NCBI RefSeq assembly: GCF_964213995.1
Contig: NC_135808.1
Coordinates: 7,130,001 to 7,194,000, forward strand
Length of the DNA: 64,000 nucleotides
Source of the DNA: Mustelus asterias
Lineage: Eukaryota
Direction: 5' to 3'
This document shows, piece by piece, positions 39,001-51,000 of this stretch. The notes under the pieces were generated by a model. That model made no database searches and was not told where the DNA came from. It was given only the letters and a program-made list of their open reading frames with translations. Position 1 is the first letter of the stretch. Every line of letters starts with the position of its first letter. A program made the position numbers and the translations under genes.

Positions 39001-42000
39001 AGCCAGAACTAGTAGGCATAGTCTGGAAAAGATAACCAGATCATGAAGGAATAAAACTACAGCTCAGTTCTTCAGGGAATGGGTGGCAGACTGGTGAGCA
39101 CTGCTGCCTCACAGCAGCAGGTACCCGCGTTCGATTCCTGGCTTGGGTCATTCTCTGTGTGGAGTCTGCATGTTCTCCCCGTGTCTGCGTGGGTTTCCTC
39201 CAGATGCTCCGGTTTCTTCTCACAGCCTAAAAGACGTGCTGGTTAAGTGCATTGGCTAAATTCTCCCTCGGTGTACCCGAACAGGTGCCAGAGTGTGAGG
39301 ACTAGGGGATTTTCCTAGTAACTTAATTGCAGTGTTAATGTAAGCCTACTTGTGATTCTAATAAATAAACTTTAATAAGGAGCAGAACTAGGCCACTCGG
39401 CCCATCGAGTCTGCTCCAGTAGTAGAACATTTCAGCAACTGACGTTCGATTTATTGTTAATTTTGAAATTGACATTTGTCAATGTTTTGTGAGCCAGATG
39501 TATTAAGGGACATGGATCAAAGGAGTTATCTCTCAAATTAGCAACTCAGTCAGGAAAACTAGGAGGTTCGAGCGGCTGAAAAGCTTTCTCGCGTTCCTAT
39601 GTCCCACAGTCAACCCTGAACACTACTTTCTTTCCGATTGTAGGAATTGATATCCCTAAAATAGCCATCAACCGGTTTTATTTCTATATTTCTGTCAAGG
39701 GATAGAGGGGGGAAGACAGGATCAGGATATTGGGTTGGATGATCAGCCATGATCAAAATGAATGGCAGAGCAGGCTCGAAGGGCCCCTGATTCTATTTCC
39801 TATGTTCCTAAAACAGTATTAATTTACAGATAACTGTTTTTTCATAGACATCATCATAGAAACCTTACAGTGCAGAAGGAGGCCATTTGGCCCATCGAGT
39901 CTGCATTGACAACAATCCCACCTCGGCCCTATCCCCCTAACCCCACATATTTACCCAGTAATCCCTCTAATCTATGCATCCCAGGACACTAAGGGACAAT
40001 TTACCATGGCCAATCAACCTAACCCGCACGTCTTTGGACTGTGGGAGGAAATCAGAGCATCCGGAGGAAACCCACGCAGACACGGGGAGAATGTGCGGAC
40101 TCCGCACAGACAGTGACCCAAGCTGGGAATCGAACCCAGATCCCTAGAGCTGTGAGGCAGCAGTGCTAACCGCTGTGCCGCGGTGCCACACTTAGCTGTC
40201 AGAAACGATCAAGCGAGCTCATACCTTTACCAGACATGCCACGACACCAAAGGCAATGAGGAAGACGATGAGAATGCATTTTCCAACAAGAAGACCAGCA
40301 ACTGGAGGCGGAACAGATTCATTTACACAAACCTGACCTGAAAGGAAATCGTACTGTAAGTACGGGTCACTATTGATTCTACGGGAAAACCCTCAACACA
40401 TTTCCGTTCATGCCGACTCTCAGTTAAATGCTTGCTGAGGGGCATGTACCATTCCATCAGCTGCTCTCTTCAAAATGGTGGACCCGCCATCAGTAACAGT
40501 AGACCAAACATTATGCCATTTGGGGACGATTGGATTGGAATACGACGTGTTCCCACTTGCCATATCTAATGGCACAGTGGTTAGCACTGCTACCTCACGA
40601 CACCAGGGACCGGGTTCGATTCCCGCCTAGGATCACTGTCTATGTGGAGTTCGCGTGTTCTCCCCGTGTCTACGTGGGTTTCCTCCCACAGTCCAAAAGA
40701 AGTGCTGGTTCGGTGCAGTGGCCATGCTAAATTCTCCCACAGTGTACCCGAGGGTATGGTGGCACACTGGTTCAATTCCGGCCTCGGGTCACTGTCTGTG
40801 TGGAGTCTGCACATTCTCCCCGTGTCTGCGTGGGTTTCCTCTGGGTGCTCCAGTTTCCTCCCACATTCATGTATGACGTGCAGTTTAGGTGGATTAGCCA
40901 TTCTAAATTGCCCCTGAGTGTCCCAAGATGTGTAGGTCAGGGAGAATTAGTGGGGTAAATGTGGGGTTACAGGAATAGGGCATAGGTAAGATGCTCTGTC
41001 GGAGAGTCAGAGCAGACTCGATAGACCGAATGGCCACCCTCTGGGTTCTCTGGTTCTAACAGGCGCCAGAGTGTGGCGACTCGGAAATTTTCACAGTAAC
41101 TTCATTGCAGTGTTAATGGAAGCCTACTTGTGACACTGATAAATAAACTTAATCTTATTTCCAAATCAAAAAGAGGATTAGATGGAAAAATTCTGCTGTC
41201 CCTCTGCCTGGCATCAATAGATAGCCTGAGAGAAGCAAACACAGCAAAATGGGACAGCACATGCCCTGAGCTCCTTCAACAAGGAAGGAGCTTCCCTCCC
41301 AGCAAGCGCAACTCCCCGTCCCAGTTTTTCAAACTCTTGTGATTCAAACCACTCAACATCTAAATGCTGGGGAGGGTTTGGCATCGTGGTAATGCCACGG
41401 GGCGAATTTAAATTTGATTAATACAATTTGGAATGGCAGCCATGACAGTAGTAACTTAATATGATATCATAAGTCCCTTCAGAGAAGGAAATCTGCTACC
41501 CCAACCTGGCTTGGCCTACACGCCATTTCAGTAATGGGGTCGACGCTGAAATTGCCTAGTTTTGGACAGTCAGACGTTTTTTCCCAGCATGGAAGTGTCA
41601 ATTACAAGGGGGCATTAGGATTGTTTTCACTGGAAAGACAGAGGCTGAGGGGAGACCTGACAGAGGTCTACAAATTATGAGGAGCATAGTCAGGGTGGAT
41701 AGTCAGAGGCTTTTTCCCAGGATGGAAGTGTCAGTTACAAAGGGGACACAGATTCAAGGTGAGAGGGGGAAAGTTTAAGGGAGATGTGCGGGCGAAGATT
41801 TTTCACGCAGAGAATGATGGGTGTCTGGAACGCGCTGTCAGAGGAGGTGGTGGAAGCAGACACATTAGCAACATTTAAGAGACATCTGGATGGGCACATG
41901 AATGGGGAGGGAATGGAGGGATTTAGTCCGAGTAAGGGCAGAAGACTTTTTTTTAGTTTTGTTAAGACATCATGATGGGCACGGGCTTGGAGGGCTGAAG

Positions 42001-45000
42001 GGCCTGTTCCTGGACTGTATTTTCCTTTGTTCTTGTTCAAGGGCAATGAGGTATGGGCAAAAATAAGCTGGGCCACTTCTCATGAAAGAGTAAATATGTA
42101 AAGATGAAATTAGATCTAAACCGACTCAATGAGAGGGATTCAGTTCTATGATTGCGCTAGGGGGCTTTGTGGGGTAGTACATGGCCCAAAAGCTCCGGGT
42201 TCAAGGACTTGCTGGTCAAGTGTTCAAAGCACCGTTAAACAGTTGAGCATCAACCGGCACATTCTTCCAACACACACACACCAATGGCAAGAGCGAGAGA
42301 GAGGTTCCTGCTCAGCCATGTGATGGTGATCTGTAGCTCCAGACTACAATAAGCCGGAGTCCCTGACTGAACATACCATCGCTGTTGTTGTGCCAAGCAA
42401 AATTTAACTCAAAACCAAGTTGCATTGCACTTGAGGCTTCAGCTCACTCAGCTCCATGTCTCCGGAGGTGGATAGCAAGTTGCTCTAACCACCCCAGGGT
42501 AAATCATTAATGTCAATTGTAAAGGCACTTCAACTGCTTGTATTGCCTATATTTCTCATTCTTGCATCTTTTCTGTTCACCAGCGGGAGAAAGAAAATAA
42601 TGTTCAATTGCAAAGTTAAATCTAAACCTGAAAAATAACGTGCATTAGTGAATTAATCCAAACTTGGCTTCTTCAGTTGAAGTTAAACCATTAAAAAAAT
42701 AATTTCATAGAATTATAGCAATTTACAGGGCAGAAGGAGGCCATTCAGCCCATTGCGGTTCGCATCAGCCAGCATGCATGCATAGAAACCATAGAAACCC
42801 TACAGTGCAGAAAGAGGCCATTCGGCCCATCGAGTCTGCACCGACAACAATCCCACCCAGGCCCTATCCCGGTATCCCTACATGCATCCAGGATAACCCC
42901 ACTTTTCAGTTCTTGATACTCAGTATTAGGAGACATTAGAAGTACACATCAAGATGCTTTCCAAATGTATACCTGCGGCACAGGAGGGGGTCATCTGGCC
43001 ATTCGGTTCCCATAGAGTAATCCAGGCAACCCCATCCCTATGCAAATTCATTTTCTTCAAGTTCTTATCAAATTTCCAATTGAAATCATTCGTCGTCTCT
43101 GCTTTCACTGCCATGAGAGGCAGCGAGTTTGAGGCCATTATTACGAGGCGGCACGGTGGCATAGTGGTTAGCACTGCTGCCTCACAACGCCAGGGACCTG
43201 GGTTCATTTCAGGCCTCGGGTCACCGTCTGTGTGGAGTTTGCATGTTCTCCCCGTGTCTGCGTGGGTTTCCTCCGGGTGCTCCGGTTTCCTCCCACAGTC
43301 CAAAGATGTGCGGGTTAGGTTGATTGGCCATGTTAAATTGACCCTAGTGTTAGGGGATTAGCAGGGTAAATATGTGGAGTTACGGGAATAGGGCCTGGGT
43401 GGGATTGTGGTTGGTGCAGACTGGATGGGCCGAATGGCTTCCTTCTGCACTGCAGGGATTCTATGATTCTACTCGTTGTGCTTCAACCTCCATCAACCAT
43501 TCAGACAATAAGTTGCAAATGCCTCTCATTCTCTGGATGAAAATCATTCCCCAAGAATCCCAACTAAACCTCTTGCCTCTCAAACAAAATGAATGCTCTT
43601 TTTGTTATGGGTAACTCAACTCAGGGGTTTGGACCTTCCCACCCACTCTACTTAACGCCCTCCTGAACCTACTCTGGCCCAAAGCGAACAGCCTTGGGCT
43701 ATACATACTTTCCTTTGCTGTAATTCCCCAGCCTAGGTGACGTCTGCATAAATCCACTTGTACCACCTCCAGTGGAATCACGACTTTCCTACAATGTGGT
43801 GAACGGAACTGCTTGGGCGAGATTCTCGGCCTCCCAGCCATGTGTTTCCCGTCGGCAGGAGGTGGCATGTTGTTTGCTAGCAGCCGGATTCTCTGATCCC
43901 ACCTCCGTCAATGGGAATTCCCATGATGTCACCCCATGCCAGCGGGAAACCCGCGGGTGGTGATGCGCTGCTGGCGGGAGCAGAGAATTCCACTGGCGTG
44001 AACGGCTGGAGAGTTCCGGCCTATGTAATGCTCCAATCGTGACCTAACTAACATTACCTGCAGTTCCAGCATAACCTCCCAGCGGTTATATTCTACCCTT
44101 ACAGCTGATAAAGGGAAGTGTCCCTCTCTGCCTTCCTGACCTCCTTGTGCACTGGTTCAGCTGCCTTCAGGGATCTTAGGTCAGTGGGGAGGCGGTGGCC
44201 TAGCAGTACTAACGCCAGACTATCAATCTAGAAATTCAGCTAATGACCTGGGGACTCTGGTTCAAATCCCGGTGGAACTTGAATTCAATAAAAAATAAAT
44301 TAAGAATCTACTGATGACCATGATACCCTTGTCGATTGTTGGAAAAACCCATCTGATACTCTCATGTCCTTTAGGGAAGGAAATCTGCTGTCCTTACCTG
44401 GTCTGGCCCACATGTGACTCCAGAGCCACAGCAATGCCTGCCCTCAGGCAACTAGGGATGGGCAATAAATGCTGGCCAGCCAGCGACGCCCATAACCCCT
44501 GAATGAATAAAAAATGGACTCCTCAAGATCCCTGGATTCCTTTGCATGTCCCAGTATCTTCCCTATAGTGTACCCCCATTCCCCTTCAGATGCCTAACCA
44601 ATGTGGGGACCAGTGCTTCTTTTGCAATCGCTTCTGTCCATTTCAGAAGGAATGCAGAAGGAGGCTATTTGGCCCATGGAGTGCGCAGCGACCACAATCC
44701 CACCCAGACCCTATCCACATAACCCATGCATTTGCCCTAGTTAGCCCCCCCTGACACTAAGGGGCAATTTAGCATAGCCAATCCACCCCACCCACACATC
44801 TTTGGAGTGTGGGAGGTAACCGGAGCACCCGGAGGAAACCCACACAGACACGGGGAGAACGTGCAAACTCCAGACAGACAGTGACCCAAGCCGTGAATCG
44901 AACCCGGGTCCCTGGCGCTGCGAGGCAGCAGTGCTAACCACTGTGCCACTGCGCCACCCCTTTTTTTTTCCTTTCCTTTAGACATTTGCTGCTTACGTTT

Positions 45001-48000
45001 GACTTGGAGTTTGGTACCATTGCCGACGCTGAGCTGCCCAGTCATCGCTTTGACTGTACAGTAGTAAGTGGCGGAATCGTATTGCCTGACATCGGAGATA
45101 TTGATGAAAATTTTCCTCTCGGTGAAGTGGTGGGATTTCGACTTCTCCAAGCGCCTCATGAGCTGCAGGTCCTCCTCCAAATCTGTGGCGTTTTCCCTGG
45201 AAGCACCGCGTGACCAGGAGACCTGTCCGACCGGGACCTGGCCCAGCCCACCCCCATAGGTGCAGTTCATTGTCACCGAGTCGCCTTCGGTTGCGCTTAT
45301 CGAGTGAGGGTACTGCAGCACCGTAAACCGCAATTCGACACCTGCGAGAGAGAAAAAAAGAATCAAAATGTTCAAAGCTTTAAAGGGCGATTTGAACATA
45401 AACAGATGAGAGGCAACAGCTGACATGGGTGGCGCTACACTGGTGATACAACCTGTTCTGTCTCTACTGACTTAGCTGGAGGAGTCAGGATGGAGTGGTA
45501 ATGTCCCTGCACTGACCAATCAGAGACTCGGACTAACTCTTCAAGGGTTTATGTTTCAATCCCAGCAGAGCGACGGCTAATAAATGTCTACAAAATAATG
45601 AGGGGCATAGATCAGCTAGATTGTTAATATCTTTCCCCAAAGGTAGAGGAGTCTAAAACTAAAGGGCATAGGTTTAAGGTGAGAGGGGAGATATACAAAA
45701 GGGTCCAGAGAGGCAATTTTTTCACGCAGAGAGTGGCGAGTATCTGGAACAAGCTGCCAGAGGGTAGTAGTAGAGGCAGGTACAATTTTGTCTTTTAAAA
45801 AGAGTTTGGACAGTTACATGGTTAAAATGGGTATAGAGGGATATGGTCCAAACGTGGGTAATTGGGACTAGCTAAGTGGTTAAAAAAGGGGGTGGCATGG
45901 GCAAGTTGGGCCAAAGGGCCTGTTTCCATGCTCTGTGACCCTATGACCATATGACTCTATGTCTAAAAGTACACTTAGAAACTAGGTTAGGTTATTTATT
46001 AGTGTCACAAGGCGTCAAACATTAACACTGCAATGAAGTTGCTGTGACAATCCCCTTGTCATCATACTCCAGTGTTTGTTTGGGTACACTGAGGGAGAAT
46101 TTAGCATGGCCAATGCACCTAACCACCACGTCTTTCGGACTGTGGGAGGAAACTGGAGCACCTGGGGTAAATCCACGCAGACACGGGGAGAATGTGCAAA
46201 CTCCACACAGACAGTGACCCAAGTCAGGAATCGAACCCGGGTCCCTGGCACTGTGAGGCAGCAGTGCTAACCATTGTGTCATCATGCTGCCGTTTTGCCA
46301 CCGTGCCGCCCTTCGAGTAGGCCCTTCGAGCCTGCTACGCTACTCAATATGATCATGGCTGAAGCATGATATCAAAGTCGTGTTCTCCCCCTGCACCTTG
46401 AGTCTAGAAGTCGATCTATTTCCTTTCTAAACATATTCATTGATTTGTCTTTCACAGCCTGTTGTGGTAGAGAATTCCATAGCTTCACCACCCTCACATG
46501 TTTCTCCTCATTTCAGTTTAAAATGACCTATTCTGTATTCTGAGGCAGTTGCCCTTTGATCTGGAACACCCGCCTCCATCCAAAGGAAACAACATCACTG
46601 CATCCAGTCTTTCCAGCCCTGTCAGAATTATATATGTCTCAATGAGATTTGCTCTCATTCTTCTCAATTCCAGGAAATACAGGCCCAGTCGACACAATCT
46701 CTCCCTCATACAACAATCCTCGAACCCCAGGAATCAGTCTGGTGAACATTCTCTGCACTCCCTCTATGACAAGTATAAGCTTTCTTCGATATGGAGACCA
46801 AAACTGCACACAGAACTTCAGGTGTGGTCTCACCAAGGACCTGTACAGCTGCAGTAAGACACCCTTGCTCTTGCAACCAAGTCCTCTTTCAATAAAGGCC
46901 AAAATACCATTTCCCTTCCTAACTGCTTGGTGTACCTGCATGCTTGATTTCAGTGACTACTGTACTCGGACAACCAGATCTTTTTGTACATTAAAATTTC
47001 CTAATCTATCACAATTTAAATAAAACTCTTCCGTTCATTTTCTCTGCCCGAATTGGATAACTTCACAATGATCCATGTTATACTGCATCTGCCCTGTATT
47101 TACCCATTCACTCAACTTTTCTAAATCATCTTGAAGCTTCTTAACATCCTCCGCACCGCTCACATTCCCACGAAGTTGTGTATTATCAACAATCTTGTGG
47201 ATGTTACATGTTGTTGCCTCATCCAAATCATTGATGCATATTGTGAATACCTGGAGCCCAAGCACCTATTGGGGGCGACTGGAGGGGCCTATAGTACAAT
47301 CCCATCAAAGTGATCACCCCCCCCCCCTTTTTTATTCCTCAGTTCCACCCATAGAGCCTCACTGGACGACCCCTCAGGAATATCCTCTCGAAATATTGCC
47401 ATAATGTTTTCCCAACCAATAATGCAACCCCTCCTCCACTCTTGCCTCCTCTTCTGTCCTTCCAATAGTATCTGTGCCCCGGAACATTGAGCTGCCAGTC
47501 CTGTCCTGCCCTCAGTCATGTTTCTATAATGCCTATGATAAGTACCTACCCATGCCCTGAATTCACCTGCCTTACCTGTCAGGCCTCTTGCATTGAAATA
47601 AATGCAGTTTAATTAATCAGCCTTCCCTCATTCCCTGCTATGCTCATGCTTGCCTTGTCTATTTAACTTGTTCTCTTTAAATTTTGTATTAGCCTACCCA
47701 TCCCCTTCTTTCACTACGCTTTAGGGACCCCTCTCCACCAGACTAGTTTAAACCCTCCCGAGTAGTTTTAGCAAACTACTAGTATACTGGTCCCCCTGCA
47801 GTTCAGGTGCAACTCGTCCCTCTTGTGCGGGTTACCTCCGCCCAGAAGTGTTCCTAACGCTCTAAAAACCTGAATCTCTGCTGTAATTACTTCAATGAGG
47901 CCATTGAGGTATTTCTTTTGATGTGAGGCCATTGAGGTTCATCTCTTAGAACATGAACTCACTGATTGAGCTCTGTATTGCAAGTCCAATCAGGGAGCCT

Positions 48001-51000
48001 TTGTTGTATATATAACTGGGAGCGTCAGGTCTCCTGGAACTCTGATTGCTGACTCAGAGTTTGTAACACTCTATAAATAAAAGGGTATCTGGTGAAGGGA
48101 TACTGGCCTCTGCTGACTTATTTCACCTGCCAGTTCCTCAGCCACACATTCATCCTATTAATTAATATTCTCTCTTGCATGCGTCACTGCGAGTAATCGG
48201 ACATTACTACCCTCGAGGTCTTGCCTTTTAACCTGCCGAACAACTGCATTATAATATCATTAAAACTAGCGTCATTCGCGCGTTTCTCCTTCACATTTAT
48301 TCAGAATATAATGAATTGAAAAAGTTGTAAAAATGTGACCTGAGCAAGTAAGATAGTTAAGAATGTCCCGAACAGTACAGATACTATTTGTGATTTATAT
48401 AAATGATCTGGAAGAGGGAGTAACTGGGGTGATCAGTAAGTTTGCAGACGACACAAAACTGGCAGGACTTGCAGACAGTGAGGAACATAGTCAGAGGCTA
48501 CAGAAGGATATAGATAGGCTGGAAATTTGGGCAAGGAAATGGCAGATGGAGTTCAATCCTGATAAATGCGAAGTGATGCATTTTGGTGGGAATAATGTAG
48601 GGAGGAGCTACACGATAAATGGAAGAACCATAAAGGGTGTAGAGACGCAGAGGGACCTGGGTGTGCAAGTCCACAGATCTTTGAAGGTGACGTCACAGGT
48701 GGAGAAGGTGGTGAAGAAGGCATATGACATGCTTGCCTTTATAGGACGGGGCATAGAGTATAAAAGTTGGGGTCTGATGTTGCAGATGTATAGAACGTTG
48801 GTTCGGCCGCATTTGGAATACTGCGTCCAGTTCTGGTCGCCACACTACCAGAAGGACGTGGAGGCTTTGGAGAGAGTACAGAGGAGGTTTACCAGGATGT
48901 TGCCTGGTATGGAGGGGCTTGGTTATGAGGAGAGATTGGGGAAACTGGGGTTGTTCTCCTTGGAAAGACGGAGGATGAGGGGAGACTTAATAGAGGTGTA
49001 TAAAATTATGAAAGGCATGGATAGGGTGAACGGTGGGAAGCTTTTCCCCGGGTCGGTGGTGACGTTCACGAGGGGTCATAGGTTCAAGGTGAAGGGGGGG
49101 AGGTTTAACACAGATATCAGAAGGACATATTTCACACAGAGGGTCGTGGGGGCCTGGAATGTGTTGCCGGGCAAGGTGGTGGAGGCGGACACACTGGGAA
49201 CGTTTAAGACTTATCTAGACAGATATATGAACGGAGTGGGAATGGAGGGATACAAAAGAGTGGTCTAGTTTGGACCAGGGAGCGGCGCGGGCTAATTGTT
49301 CCTTGTTTCTCGTTTCAAGGCTTCATTCTATGATCATCTTGCTGGTGCCAGTACAGAGCGAGACTGCGGATAGTTGGGAACCTGTCTCGGGGGCAGGGAA
49401 TTCATATGGTGTTCGTGGAAGTGGAAATGACTAGGGTTGGGAAGCATTTTCCGATCAGGGCCATTGTGATCTCCTGGACTCGTTTTGATCGCCTCAGGGG
49501 GTCGGAGAGGAATTTCCCAGATTTTTTTTTCCCCATATTGGCCCTGGGGTTTTTCACTCTGGGTTTTCGCCTCTCCCTGGAGATCACATGGTCTGGAATG
49601 GGGGGGTGGGTTAATAGGTTGTAATGAACAAAGCATCGTAGCTGTGAGGGACAGCTCGGTGGATAGGATATTGGTATGTAGATGGGCTGGAAAATTGGGC
49701 GGGGATCCTGGATTCAGGATTCAATCCTGGACCGGGGAGCGGCGCGGGCTTGGAGGGCCGAAGGGCCTGTTCCTGTGCTGTATTGTTCTTTGTTCTTTGT
49801 TCTTTGTTCTATCAGTTGCTATCCTATAATCAATCAGGACCCTTAGTGAATATATTCCAAATGCACCATCGCTGTCACAAGGGCAGCAGGAACATGGGAA
49901 CTCCAGAAGTCACATACTTGCAGCCATATCGTCCTTCCTTCACTGTCGCTGAGTCAAAATCGTGGAAATCTCTCCCCATATCATATGGCTGCAGGCTCAC
50001 CACCATCTTCTTAAGGGCAAATGGAGATGGGTCAAAATGCCAGCAATCCTGACATTCCATGAACGAATAAAACCCCATTAATATCCACACAAATAAATAT
50101 GTCAAAGAATGTAATAATGTTATTGCTAGAAATCTATAAGTTAAGTTTCATTAATGAAGACATCCATAGAAACAAGAAGCTGGAGTAGGCTATTTGACCC
50201 ATCGAGCCTGCTTCAACATTCATTTTCACCGTGGCTGATCATTGAATTCAATATCCTGATCCCCCCTTTCTCCGAAATCCCTTGATCCCTTTAGCCCCAA
50301 GAGCGATATCTAATTACTTCTTGAAATCAGACAATTTTTTGACCTCAACTTCATTCGGTGGTAGGGAATTCCGCACATTCACCACTCTCTGGGTGAAGAA
50401 ATTTCTCCTCACCTCAGTCCTAAAAGATTTACTCCCTTATGCTCAAACTATGACCCCTAGTTCTGGACTCCCTCACCATTGGGAACATTATTTCTGAATG
50501 TACGCTGTCTAACTTTATAAGTTTCTATGAGATCCCCTCTCACTCTTCTAAACTCCAGTGAATATAATCCTAAACGACTTAGTCTCTCCTCATCTGACAG
50601 ACCTGCCATCCCAGGAATCAGCCTGGTAAACCTTCACTGTACTCCCTCTATAGCAAGGACATCCTTCCTCAGATAAGGACACCAAAACTGCACACAGTAC
50701 TCCAGGTGTGGCCTCATCAATGCCCTATACAATTGCAGCAAAACATCCTTATCCCTATATTCAAATCGTAGAATCATAGAAACCCTACAGTGCAGAAAGA
50801 GGCCATTTGGCCCATCGAGTCTGCACCGACCACAATCCCACCCAGGCCCTATCCCCATATCCCTACATATTTACCTGCTAATCCCTCTAACCGACACATC
50901 TCAGGACACTAAGGGGCAATTTTAGCATGGTCAATCAACCTACCCAGCACATCTTTGGACTGTGGGAGGAAACCGGAGCACCCGGAGGAAACCCATGCAG

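Noticed and set aside
44737-45426. 229-aa ORF as a complete secreted protein
   Set aside because: The N-terminus is the intron polypyrimidine tract and the C-terminus is SINE read-through; only 44997-45341 is exon.
48305-48347. Plus-strand AG..GT-bounded mini-exon
   Set aside because: Antisense to gene B, very short, with no partner exons; consistent with chance.
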